From the IMG/VR virus record IMGVR_UViG_3300035493_000198, positions 1 to 30,550 of that record: a stretch of 30,550 nt of DNA, one strand, 5' to 3'. Positions 18,081-26,673 of the stretch are shown here, in pieces (position 1 is the first letter of the stretch; each line of letters begins with the position of its first letter). This stretch comes from a virus (Duplodnaviria > Caudoviricetes). A model generated the notes under the pieces. That model searched no databases. It worked only from the letters and a program-made list of their open reading frames with translations, and had not been told where the DNA came from. Both the position numbers and the translations under genes were made by a program.

Positions 18081-19604
18081 TCAGGTTTCCTCTGGGTCCT
18101 CTTGAAGTTGTTCTGTGGCGAGCTTCCAGGCGGCATCTGAGTCAAACACCAGGCCTTTTTCTTTGGCTTTCCGCCGGAACTTGTCGATCTGGTCGAGGAC
18201 ATCTGTCGGGTTGACCCCGCGCTTGCGCATTACCTCGGACTCCGAGGCAAAGCCGGCGCGCACGAGGGTTAGCCAGGCGGTGGCTTCTTTAGCCGGGTCG
18301 ATCCACGGCATCTGCTGGCCAACAAACATGGCATCATCTTCAGTGCCGAGCTCAAGGTCGGGAGGAATTGGCACAACGCCCGAAAGGGCCGCGGCTCTGA
18401 CGAACTGAGCCCATACTGGCTGAACAAAGTTGCCCACGAACTCGTCAGTCAGTGTGGCGTAGTGAACCCACTGCTCAATCAATTCCTGGCGCTGAGCAGA
18501 GAAAGTGCCGTTGTAGTCCCGGGCAATACTGCTGTAGTTCGCGCCAATGCCCGCGGCGAACGCTTTGAGTTGGCCCTGGCGGAACGTTACCAGGTTCGGG
18601 TTCGGGCGCTTGGAATCGATCATCCCGATCTCTTCACCGATCTCCAGGGTATCGATGATGGTGCCGGGCTCGAGCCCAATCTCCCGAGGCTTGATTTCTC
18701 CGTTCTCGTCACGGGGCAGGGTGTCGGGGTCCAAGTGCTCTGGATTGCCACGCTTTACGTAAGCGGTGAGCATGGCCGCGATTTTCGCCGCTACTCGCTC
18801 GGACTCTTCGTAATCCTTTATGTCTTCGAGTCGGGTAATGACGCTGGCGAACTCGGAAACGCCACGAACCTGGCCAATGCGGTCGGCGATGGTTACGTGG
18901 AGAACTCGGTCTGCCGGCACGAATTTCAGGTCGCTGCTGGATGATAGGACAAGGCCATCGGTTGGGTGATTTTTGTGAACCCAGAATCCCGTTGGGCGCC
19001 CCCAGGCATTCAACGCAACGCCTTGGCGGATCCCTCGGCGCGTGTCGTTGAGCGAGTAAGGCACCATGTCTGGTTCAAACAGCTCGAGTGAAAACGGTAC
19101 TCGTGTTCCGTGTTCGAGGAGCGGTACCGGGCCGGACAGCATTTGAGCGAAGGCTTCGCCGTCTCTGATCCAGGTGCGGCATGCAAGCCTCTGAACTCTG
19201 GCCCAGTGGAATTGTTGGGTAACCTCCGGGTGGTGCTCCCAGTCTTTCCATGCCGCCAGCAATGCTGAGGCATACTCTCGATGAATTGTGCCATCGGTTC
19301 GCCGGGGCTGGGGCTCTACACCTATACCCTTGGGGCCAACCACGTTGTTGACCATGGTGCGCAGCGCGCCTCGAGTAATATCGTGGTTTTGTTCCAGGTG
19401 CCGAATCTGGTTTCGGATGGCCACAGCGCCTTGCTGGGTCTGCAGGTTGGGGCCGGCTTGGTCCCGGCGAAACTTGCGGGTTCGGTCTGGCTTTGCCGCC
19501 TCATAGTAGGCCAGCACCTGGCGCGCCTGTGCCCGCTTAAGCGCCGCCTGAGGACTGAAGACGCCAACGAGGCGGTCTATTGAATTGAGCTTTGCCTTAC
19601 TCAT
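18081..19604 (-). CDS. Portal protein (lambda gpB family)
   Basis: 507 aa; GQVRGVSEF, NFSA-like GTFSAQR and WIDPAKE motifs. Confidence 0.92.
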   Translation of the reverse strand: MSKAKLNSIDRLVGVFSPQAALKRAQARQVLAYYEAAKPDRTRKFRRDQAGPNLQTQQGAVAIRNQIRHLEQNHDITRGALRTMVNNVVGPKGIGVEPQPRRTDGTIHREYASALLAAWKDWEHHPEVTQQFHWARVQRLACRTWIRDGEAFAQMLSGPVPLLEHGTRVPFSLELFEPDMVPYSLNDTRRGIRQGVALNAWGRPTGFWVHKNHPTDGLVLSSSSDLKFVPADRVLHVTIADRIGQVRGVSEFASVITRLEDIKDYEESERVAAKIAAMLTAYVKRGNPEHLDPDTLPRDENGEIKPREIGLEPGTIIDTLEIGEEIGMIDSKRPNPNLVTFRQGQLKAFAAGIGANYSSIARDYNGTFSAQRQELIEQWVHYATLTDEFVGNFVQPVWAQFVRAAALSGVVPIPPDLELGTEDDAMFVGQQMPWIDPAKEATAWLTLVRAGFASESEVMRKRGVNPTDVLDQIDKFRRKAKEKGLVFDSDAAWKLATEQLQEDPEET

Positions 19605-19834
19605 CGATCAAGCCTCGCTACTGCAAACCCCAAGCCTCCGAAGCTGGGCGCGCCGGAGGCCGCCCGCCGCTCCGCCGCAACCTTTGCTTCCCATTCCTTT
19701 CTGCCTTTCCGGATTGATTCGAGATCCGCCCTGGATACTCGACGCCCTTCGAATTCAATCTGTTGGCCCTGAAGAACAGCCGCTTCGGCGGATAGGTACT
19801 TGGCAAGCATTTCTGAGGCTGTTGGGGTTGTCAT
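19601..19834 (-). CDS. Head completion protein (gpW-like)
   Basis: YLSAEAAVLQGQQIEFEGRRVSRADL motif; between terminase and portal; ATG 19834 (GTG 19843 alternative). Confidence 0.8.
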   Translation of the reverse strand: MTTPTASEMLAKYLSAEAAVLQGQQIEFEGRRVSRADLESIRKGRKEWEAKVAAERRAASGAPSFGGLGFAVARLDR

Positions 19835-19854
19835 GGTCTGCACCTGCTTTTGTG

Positions 19855-19877
19855 GATGTTTTCACTCTACAAATGTC
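19855..19877 (-). promoter_or_regulatory. Dyad GACATT-N11-AACATC (minus strand), putative Mor-family activator site upstream of gpW/portal
   Basis: Same arm and spacer geometry as 18051-18073, with 2 mismatches in one arm. Confidence 0.5.
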
Positions 19878-19889
19878 CGCCTGACATCG

Positions 19890-20195
19890 TTACCGGCAAG
19901 GTGTGACCGAAACAATCCGCATGATATGCCGCTCACTAAGATTATATTTCTTGGCCAAATCAGGGATATTGGTTCCGTTGTACTCTCGGACGATCTCGCT
20001 GTTCCTTTGGCTGCGGTTTGGGCAAGGCACGTAGATCTCACCTCCGCCAACCTCCCGGCGAATTTCCAACACAATTTCATCGGCCATCGCAGACGCTGCG
20101 AGCTCAATAAGGCCATACCTGCGGGTGAGGCATGCGGTCAGGATGCGGTGCAGCTCCACTGCTGAGTCAGTGTCGCGGTTCAGGGTTGTGTTCAT
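19890..20195 (-). CDS. Mor/C-family transcription activator
   Basis: GGGEIYVP...RNSEIVREYNGTNIPDLAKKYNLSERHIMRIV matches the Mu Mor/C signature. Confidence 0.85.
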   Translation of the reverse strand: MNTTLNRDTDSAVELHRILTACLTRRYGLIELAASAMADEIVLEIRREVGGGEIYVPCPNRSQRNSEIVREYNGTNIPDLAKKYNLSERHIMRIVSVTPCR

Positions 20196-22216
20196 AGCCG
20201 GCTACTCCACTCTGATTTGCCAACGCCTCGGCGGGCGGGTTTCGTTGTTCTTGGCTTCTGTTGTCTTTCCCGGCGTTCTTCCCGGGTTTCGCGTTCACTG
20301 TTGTGCTCTATGGGTTTCGCCCATGGCTGAGCTGGGTTGTCCCAATTGATCCTGTCGGCCCCCAAATGCAGGGCGCCAGCCCAGATCATTGCGCAGAGGT
20401 CAATAGATTCATTGCGCTTGCGGATCTGCTTCCACTTGCCGTTCGGCTGCCGTACCTCTGCCCTGAATTCATCCCAGAAGGCCGCACCCAACCAGGTGGG
20501 AAAATGGAGCCTGGCCGGCCCGCCACTTTGACGCCGGCTTGCGTTGAAAACGGAATCCTTCAAGAGGTTGGGGTTGCACAGCAGCTGGGGGATGTTTTTT
20601 CGGGTTCCCACTCGACTTTTCCTCAGAATGGGGGCGGTGAGTGTAGAGCCGCCTTTATAGAGCCTGGCTTTGTCTCCGAGCTGCTGCTTCTGGAGCCGGA
20701 GCCACCAGGCCTTTGCGTTCTCCGATACACCGCCCTCACCACCGGAGTCTGCGACTACCAGTCGGACTCGAAGCTCCTGGCCATCAATCTGAGTTCTGTA
20801 TGTGGCGCCCAGAGTCCGCTCGGTCAAAACATCCCAGTCCTCCGGGTAGCTGGCCGGATCAATCGGGGCCTTGCTGCCACCAACACCGGGCCGGTTGCTA
20901 TCCCTGATCTCGAAGCGGTCTATCAGCCACTGTTCCATCTGTGGGCCGAAGGCGTGAACCTGAACCACGAAACGTGCATCTTGACCGCCCTGGACGTCGG
21001 CGGAGGCAATCAAGAAACGGGCATTCTCCGGGACAACAAAGCGCGGGTAGTCCTCTGCCAGATCGGAGACGTTGGTGGAGCGAGACTCTTCAAGCATGGC
21101 CTGGCTGAGGTAAGGCCTTCCCCAGTCAGTATTGATTACGGCCTTGTATGTGTGTTCGCTCCCGGTGGATTCGTAGGTCTCCCGGGCGCGCTTAAGCTTT
21201 TCAGCCAAGCTGGACCAGGTCTGAAAGGCCGCGGCAGGGCCCTCCATCCAGAACGATGCAATTCGGCTCTTGCGCGGCTCACCCTCCAGCACGCCGTCCG
21301 CGTTCAGGTAACCGCCCTCCGGAACCCAACGGCCATTGAGGTTCAGGCGTTTTTTCAAAGAAGGGTCCACCTCGGTGCCGCAGTGTGGACAAAAAACCCG
21401 GGCGGACTGCAGGTTGAAGTTCTCCATAATGGGCTGGAACCGCTCCCTGCAGTGACCCTCAGGGCACTGCCAGTACCAGCGGCATCGGGTGCCCTGGTTG
21501 TACAGATCCAGAATGCCGGTTGTGGGCGGGGCCATGTGTGGCGCATCTTCAGGCTGTCGCCAGGTAGGATCGGTGATATCCCGCCCCGGCGAGCTTTCCG
21601 CCAGCGTCATGCCGGTAGAGCCAAACGTCTGGGTACGCTTTGATGCCAGGGTGAACGGGTCACCCTCACCGCCCATGTCCGCCGCCAGCCGGTCGTAATC
21701 TGTGATTAGAACAAACTTGTAATCGGAGCTGGCCATGACGTTCTTCGATGGCCACTTGATCCCCAGGTAATTGCCAGCTCGGAATATCCTGTCGTGAACG
21801 TTGTTATCGTGCCCCCGGGGGCTCAGTCGTTTCACCAGTGCTGGAGAGTGGTTCAGCATCCGGTCTACGCGTTTCTTGCTGTATTCCCGGGCCTTCTCTT
21901 CGCTTATCTGAATGATCAGCCCGTCGGCTGGATCGCACTCAATCCGGTATGCGATGTAACCATCCAGGAGCGCCTGTGTTTTTCCTGTCCGGGCTGGGCC
22001 GGCAAAGATCACGGCGTCATAGCTACGACCTCCCATGCAATCCAAAGGCTCCCGGATGTATGGGGCGCCGTCTGCGCTCCAGTCTTGAACAGTCCCGTCA
22101 CCGTTCACCATCTTCATGTATTGGGCAGCCGCCTCGCTGGGCTTGATTCGGCGCGGAGGGCGGATCAGCTCTGCAACATCCTGGCGGATTATTCTTGCAC
22201 TTCCGTAACTACCCAT
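20192..22216 (-). CDS. terL: Terminase large subunit (lambda gpA family)
   Basis: Walker A GPARTGKT; ESSP coupling motif; CxxC Zn site; ADVQ nuclease; ATG 22216 with GGAGG RBS. Confidence 0.93.
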   Translation of the reverse strand: MGSYGSARIIRQDVAELIRPPRRIKPSEAAAQYMKMVNGDGTVQDWSADGAPYIREPLDCMGGRSYDAVIFAGPARTGKTQALLDGYIAYRIECDPADGLIIQISEEKAREYSKKRVDRMLNHSPALVKRLSPRGHDNNVHDRIFRAGNYLGIKWPSKNVMASSDYKFVLITDYDRLAADMGGEGDPFTLASKRTQTFGSTGMTLAESSPGRDITDPTWRQPEDAPHMAPPTTGILDLYNQGTRCRWYWQCPEGHCRERFQPIMENFNLQSARVFCPHCGTEVDPSLKKRLNLNGRWVPEGGYLNADGVLEGEPRKSRIASFWMEGPAAAFQTWSSLAEKLKRARETYESTGSEHTYKAVINTDWGRPYLSQAMLEESRSTNVSDLAEDYPRFVVPENARFLIASADVQGGQDARFVVQVHAFGPQMEQWLIDRFEIRDSNRPGVGGSKAPIDPASYPEDWDVLTERTLGATYRTQIDGQELRVRLVVADSGGEGGVSENAKAWWLRLQKQQLGDKARLYKGGSTLTAPILRKSRVGTRKNIPQLLCNPNLLKDSVFNASRRQSGGPARLHFPTWLGAAFWDEFRAEVRQPNGKWKQIRKRNESIDLCAMIWAGALHLGADRINWDNPAQPWAKPIEHNSERETREERRERQQKPRTTKPARRGVGKSEWSSRL

Positions 22217-22715
22217 GGGCCTCCAGCTCCTCGTCGTCATCGATGACGGATTGATACATCTGTTCCCTAAGGTTGTCGGTCACGCCCTCGACCAGATCAA
22301 TTGCCTCCGGCGGGAGCCCTGCGTCGCGCTCGAGTAAGTCGGGTAGCGCATCCAGTTTGCTCGCAATGGACTTCGCCAGATTGCTCATCTCTCGGTGCAC
22401 CTCTTCGACTGGCACCAGGGAGCGCATTTCCTTTTCGAGCTTGATGCGCTCGTTTTCTGACTGGTACCAGTCTTTGCGATCCTTGGGATGCATCTCGTCC
22501 GGGTCCGCTCCGGTGCCGGTCACAACATCGCCGAACAGGGCGGGACCGGCATCTTTGAGTGCGTATACGCTCACTCCGTTTTTCTGACTAGCCGGAAGTA
22601 CGCCAGCCTCCCTTAGCCGCCGGCGGACTGTTCCTCGGTCCATCCCGAATGCGTCCGCCAGCCGGGTGATGTTCCAGTTGTAGGCATCCGCTAACTTGTT
22701 GATTTCTGCCGCCAC
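22209..22715 (-). CDS. terS: Terminase small subunit (DUF1441/Nu1-like)
   Basis: N-terminal HTH (NITRLADAFGMDRGTV); KDWYQSENERIK motif; GTG start at 22715 or 22724. Confidence 0.85.
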   Translation of the reverse strand: MAAEINKLADAYNWNITRLADAFGMDRGTVRRRLREAGVLPASQKNGVSVYALKDAGPALFGDVVTGTGADPDEMHPKDRKDWYQSENERIKLEKEMRSLVPVEEVHREMSNLAKSIASKLDALPDLLERDAGLPPEAIDLVEGVTDNLREQMYQSVIDDDEELEAHG

Positions 22716-22799
22716 CTTCACCACCCGTTAATCGCGAAGCCACGCGCCCCAAGGGCTCGCGGTGGTGGAGCCATGGGAACCCGAAAATTTGCCAAAACT

Positions 22800-22843
22800 C
22801 GCGGTTCCGCGCCCCCGTACAGCCCTGATCCGCCGGAGTACCT
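22800..22843 (-). other. Lambda-like cos site (cosQ-like AGGTACT; cosN-like GTACG^GGGGCGCGGAAC^CGCG)
   Basis: Aligns by eye to lambda TTACG^GGGCGGCGACCT^CGCG, followed by AGTTTTGGC; located just upstream of terS. Confidence 0.7.
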
Positions 22844-22866
22844 TTCGGTTTTTGAGATCGCCCCGT

Positions 22867-23109
22867 TCATTCGTCCCGAGACCACTCGCGCAGCGCCGCC
22901 TTATCCGCGTTGCAGTCGCTGAGAACTCGCTGAACCTCAGCGCAATGTTCCGGAATATCTCCCCAGTCAGTGCCCCGGTACTCCGGTACTGGGCTGGGCT
23001 GCAGGAGCACAGAGGGCGGATACACATACTCAGTCCTGTACTCGATCACTGGATCCCGCGCGCAGGATGTCAGCAACAGCGGGAGGGTGAGGGCGGCCAG
23101 CACACTCAT
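22867..23109 (-). CDS. o-spanin (Rz1-like lipoprotein)
   Basis: Lipobox LLTS-C; Pro-rich; CNADKAALREW; overlaps the 3' end of the i-spanin. Confidence 0.8.
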   Translation of the reverse strand: MSVLAALTLPLLLTSCARDPVIEYRTEYVYPPSVLLQPSPVPEYRGTDWGDIPEHCAEVQRVLSDCNADKAALREWSRDE

Positions 23110-23425
23110 CGTTGGCCAGCGCCTGGCGTAGGGCTTCGATCTGTTCACGGGCTTTCCTCTCTGAGTTCTGGCGGGCTTGTTGCGCCTCGGCAATGAGCTG
23201 GTCGCGCTTCTGCATCTCACTGGCCAAGGCCTGATAGCTTTCAGACTGGCTTTGTACGTACTTGGCCAGCTGGGTGTTCTGAGAGTTCAGCGCCCCCATG
23301 CGCTCAGTCAGGGAGTTGTTGCGGGAGTGGAGTGCGTACACGGCAGTGAGTAGCCCGAGAATCAGGACGATGAGGCCGCCGGATAACCAGGGCAGCGCTT
23401 TGGATGTGAGCAGCTTCCCGATCAT
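23030..23425 (-). CDS. i-spanin (Rz-like)
   Basis: N-terminal TM, periplasmic coiled coil, C-terminal ECAGRPHPPAV; ATG 23425 overlaps the upstream stop. Confidence 0.8.
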   Translation of the reverse strand: MIGKLLTSKALPWLSGGLIVLILGLLTAVYALHSRNNSLTERMGALNSQNTQLAKYVQSQSESYQALASEMQKRDQLIAEAQQARQNSERKAREQIEALRQALANDECAGRPHPPAVADILRAGSSDRVQD

Positions 23426-23646
23426 TTGCGCCCCCTGCTGAAAGACTCTATAGCGTTGTTGCCGTAATACCCGATGACGATGAAGGCAAAAGCCCATGCC
23501 AGCGATTCCAGCAGTGGCATGGACGATTCCCGTAATGGAGCAAACAAACCGGCAGCCAGGGTAACCAGCAGGGCGCCCATAGCCGTGTAGGCCAGCCGCC
23601 GGCGGTGCTTCCAGTAACGCTCAGGGTCTGGGTGCTGGTCACTCAT
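23422..23646 (-). CDS. Holin-like two-TM membrane protein
   Basis: 74 aa with two hydrophobic helices and a basic C-terminus; next to the spanins. Confidence 0.6.
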   Translation of the reverse strand: MSDQHPDPERYWKHRRRLAYTAMGALLVTLAAGLFAPLRESSMPLLESLAWAFAFIVIGYYGNNAIESFSRGRK

Positions 23647-23890
23647 TGGGTGTCACCTTCCGTCGTTCATTTATCCAGTCGGCCCGCCAGCCAGTGAACC
23701 GGCGATCATTTGTTTCCATCCTGTACTGCATTGCCGCCTGCCGCTTGATGGTGTCGCTGGCCACATCGCTGAACTTGCCCTCTATTTCAGCCAGCTTGGC
23801 CTTGTACGCACCACGGTCACCGGTGATGGCAATGTCCACCAGTTCGTTGGCAGCAACGTGTTCAGGCCTCATTTGGCCCTTCCTCGTCAT
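23639..23890 (-). CDS. Hypothetical protein
   Basis: 83 aa, overlapping neighbours on both sides. Confidence 0.6.
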   Translation of the reverse strand: MTRKGQMRPEHVAANELVDIAITGDRGAYKAKLAEIEGKFSDVASDTIKRQAAMQYRMETNDRRFTGWRADWINERRKVTPNE

Positions 23891-24225
23891 GCCGCTTTTG
23901 CCCCCTTGATGGTGATGATTCCCTGGTCAAACAGTTCTCTCCAGGTGCGGACCTGCCCTCGGCGTAGGTACCAGTCTTTGTGCTCCCGCTCCATGGGTGG
24001 CCACTTCACCCGACCATCGATCACCGAATGGCAGGCATCGCAGGCAAAGCAGGCGCTCAGGTCGTCAGCCTTCCTGGCAATGCCGTGGCTCTCGTCTGAG
24101 AGGTGAGCCAGCACGGTGGTGTTCCAGTCACTGTTGCACACGCCAACGATCTGCAGGGTGCACTCCTGACCCCGGGCCGCGTTCCGGATATGGTTCGAGC
24201 GAATGGGCGTTGGTTTCTTCAGCAT
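23887..24225 (-). CDS. DUF1364 (YbcO-like) putative nuclease
   Basis: AARGQECTLQIVGVC...TVLAH...FACDACHSVIDGR motif; ATG 24225 with GGAG RBS. Confidence 0.8.
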   Translation of the reverse strand: MLKKPTPIRSNHIRNAARGQECTLQIVGVCNSDWNTTVLAHLSDESHGIARKADDLSACFACDACHSVIDGRVKWPPMEREHKDWYLRRGQVRTWRELFDQGIITIKGAKAA

Positions 24226-24226
24226 G

Positions 24227-24538
24227 TCAGTCTCCGTGATACCGTGATCCGCCAGCGCCATAACCCCGGCCGCTTTCACCGCCTCGCAACTCTGCCAGCC
24301 GCAGGTGCGCCGATTTAAGCTGTTGGTTGCGCTCGTTCAGGCGGATCCGCAGTTGAATCACCAGGTCTTCCATTGCCAGGCTTTCACCGGTCTCTTTGCA
24401 CACAACCCCGGAGGCCTCGCAGTTGTCGCAGCGCAGCTGATAGAACATCGACTTCACGAACCCGGCGCCATGACAATGCGGGCAAGGCTTTAACGGTCGC
24501 TTTTCCTGGTTGAAGGCCGGGCCTGCACTCTTTTTCAC
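24227..24538 (-). CDS. Small DnaJ-type zinc-finger protein
   Basis: CPHCHGAG...CDNCEASG. Confidence 0.65.
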   Translation of the reverse strand: MKKSAGPAFNQEKRPLKPCPHCHGAGFVKSMFYQLRCDNCEASGVVCKETGESLAMEDLVIQLRIRLNERNQQLKSAHLRLAELRGGESGRGYGAGGSRYHGD

Positions 24539-24744
24539 GACTTCAGCACCTCACCTTTTGCTGCACGCTTCTCAGTGAGCTTCCACGCGTCTTGGTGCGA
24601 CACGCCCTCAGGTATCAGGATCAGGCCATCGTGCGATGCCAGAAACTCATCGGTACCCGGGGCGCAAACGCGATAGATCTGGCCGTGCCCCGTATGACGT
24701 AAGCGGTCACCCTCTTTGATCTCAATGCCGTTTGCGTCTTTCAT
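24535..24744 (-). CDS. Hypothetical protein
   Basis: 69 aa; 4-nt overlaps on both sides; GGAGG RBS. Confidence 0.6.
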   Translation of the reverse strand: MKDANGIEIKEGDRLRHTGHGQIYRVCAPGTDEFLASHDGLILIPEGVSHQDAWKLTEKRAAKGEVLKS

Positions 24745-25418
24745 GCAGCACCTCCCGTCAACTTCTTAACGCTGTTTGTGATGGCGCTTTCCAGGTATTG
24801 CTGGGTACCGCGCTGGTGGATTTGTGCAACGCCCATGTCGCCGCCTCCCTGGTAAACAAGCCGGGCCTTTTCTGCATTGCCGATCATTACCGGCTCGTCC
24901 TGAGGCCTGCCGCGCTTAAAGCCTGTGTGCTGGCTGTTTTCGTGCTCGCAGGTGCCAATCAGCTTCCTCGGGAACGATTCCGGGGGCTGAACGGTGAAAC
25001 CCTGGTAAAGCTTCAGAAAGTTGTTCCGGAGAAAGGGATATTCCTTTTCATCTGTCAGGCTGATCTTCTGCCAACCCCCCAGGCGCTCGATGGCCGCGTG
25101 AATCTTCGGATCGTCAAAGACAACGGACCGGTAGTTCCCAACGCAACGGATAGCGCGATCAACCTTCGCCCAAGCTTCACCGCTGGCGGACTGGCTGCTG
25201 CCTTGGAGAAGCCGAACGATATCGGCTGGCTTCGGCGGGTATTGGCCGGTGTCAGGGTTCGTGATGTGCCGGCATAGCGCATGCTCGATGTCCTTCAGCG
25301 GAAATGAGATCAGTGCCTGGAACACCATGTAAACCACACGGGGCTCGGGGCATTTGCCGTAAACCTCGTGGGCCTGAGCCCAGATATCGCCGAAGGCTTC
25401 CAGATCAGTGGTGTTCAT
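24741..25418 (-). CDS. DUF6475 replication protein (lambda P-position helicase loader candidate)
   Basis: GQYPPKPADI and VVFDDPKIHAAIERLGGW motifs; directly after the initiator. Confidence 0.75.
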   Translation of the reverse strand: MNTTDLEAFGDIWAQAHEVYGKCPEPRVVYMVFQALISFPLKDIEHALCRHITNPDTGQYPPKPADIVRLLQGSSQSASGEAWAKVDRAIRCVGNYRSVVFDDPKIHAAIERLGGWQKISLTDEKEYPFLRNNFLKLYQGFTVQPPESFPRKLIGTCEHENSQHTGFKRGRPQDEPVMIGNAEKARLVYQGGGDMGVAQIHQRGTQQYLESAITNSVKKLTGGAA

Positions 25419-26673
25419 AGGTCACCCCCTGGTGTGCTGATGTGCGTTGCTCGTGAATGCGGCGAAGCTCGGCCGCTCGATCAAGTCCGGACTGAGCCGG
25501 TGTTTTCCGGCGCTCAGCCTTGCGCTGCAGGGCAAGCTGGGACCACTTGTCGCGGAGCTTGTCAGGGCTCTGAACGTTGGCAGACCAGAACTCGTGCTGG
25601 CGGCACCAGTCGTACAGAACGCGGATGTGCACAGGCTCCCGACCGTCCTGCTCACGCATCAGCCGGATGGTGTTTGCCCAGCGAGCAAGGTTCGGCTCTC
25701 GGGGCTTGTCCTGTCCCAGCTGATCCGCCAGCTGCCCCCACATCCACTCAGCCAGATCGAGATCGTCTTGAGTTCCCCAGTACCGGCCGCTCTGGATCGC
25801 GGCGTCAGGGCGTTCTGGCTCAGAGGTGGGCTCGATGGAATTCGGGGAGGGAGCGTCGGGCCGGTCAGGCCCGGACAATCCTTCTGCCGTAATCTCTGCT
25901 GTAGTCTCTGTAGTAATCTCTGTAATAGATTGCTCACTCAAAGCAGACTTGCCTGCCTTGGCTAGACACTCTTGTTTGTCTTGGGTAGACAAACTGGTTT
26001 GCTCTTGGGTAGCCGGACTTAGTTTGTCTTGTGTAGACAGACTGGATTGGGAAGCGCCACCTTTACGGCTATTGCAGGCGACATGGGCGGGCTGGAGGTT
26101 TTCCTCGGTATGTTCGCCACCCTCGGCCAGAGGTTTCTTGTGATCGAAGCAGAGCGCTTTTCCATGCTGGCCGGGACCATAGACGATTGGCTTCTGACAA
26201 CACCCGCAAACCATCCCATCGCGCCTTAGGACGACACTGTAATCAACGTATTCAGTCTTGGCGCCCAGTTTCTTTGCGCGCATCATCCCGGTCTTTGAGA
26301 GGCCGTTCAGGGTGGACTTGTAGGTTTCCAGGGCGTCCTCGAGATCCAGTGCCTGGGGTGAGCCAAGCAGCGCTTTCTCCAGTGCATCCTCATTGACGCG
26401 GAAGTACATCCTTGCAGGAACGCCTCGCCGCTTCTCCTCGAGGACGCCAATGGACTTGAGCGCCTTGCGGGCCCGCTCCTGTTCCCGGCGATTCATGCCA
26501 GTCTCTTCTTCCCAGTCCTGCTGAGATTTGTAGAACCAGCCTTCTTCGTCGGTAACGCGCTTGGTCCAATAGATGCACTGAGACAGCATTAGGGCACCCG
26601 CAATGCCCACACCGAGATCCACGAATGCGCGCTGAAAGGCGATCGGCCTGGCCATCAATTCAATCATGCTCAT
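25405..26673 (-). CDS. Replication initiator (O-like, winged helix) with internal HNH endonuclease domain
   Basis: N-terminal wHTH (WFYKSQQDWEEETGM); HNH C-x2-C...DHKKP...GG...N...H..CN; C-terminal FWSANVQSPDKLR. Confidence 0.85.
   Translation of the reverse strand: MSMIELMARPIAFQRAFVDLGVGIAGALMLSQCIYWTKRVTDEEGWFYKSQQDWEEETGMNRREQERARKALKSIGVLEEKRRGVPARMYFRVNEDALEKALLGSPQALDLEDALETYKSTLNGLSKTGMMRAKKLGAKTEYVDYSVVLRRDGMVCGCCQKPIVYGPGQHGKALCFDHKKPLAEGGEHTEENLQPAHVACNSRKGGASQSSLSTQDKLSPATQEQTSLSTQDKQECLAKAGKSALSEQSITEITTETTAEITAEGLSGPDRPDAPSPNSIEPTSEPERPDAAIQSGRYWGTQDDLDLAEWMWGQLADQLGQDKPREPNLARWANTIRLMREQDGREPVHIRVLYDWCRQHEFWSANVQSPDKLRDKWSQLALQRKAERRKTPAQSGLDRAAELRRIHEQRTSAHQGVTYEHH
25883..26043. 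repeat. Putative replication origin: four iterons plus four 12-bp tandem repeats
   Basis: Cores CTTGGCTAGAC, CTTGGGTAGAC, CTTGGGTAGCC, CTTGTGTAGAC at 25957, 25980, 26004, 26028; TCTG-led 12-mers at 25883-25930. Confidence 0.75.

Noticed and set aside
1402-22246. Many long plus-strand ORFs (e.g. 5412-6821, 12302-13336, 16824-17816, 20261-21643)
   Set aside because: Antisense shadows of GC-rich minus-strand genes; no recognisable motifs
25883-26043. CRISPR-like array
   Set aside because: Short degenerate repeats inside a coding region without unique spacers; they fit origin iterons
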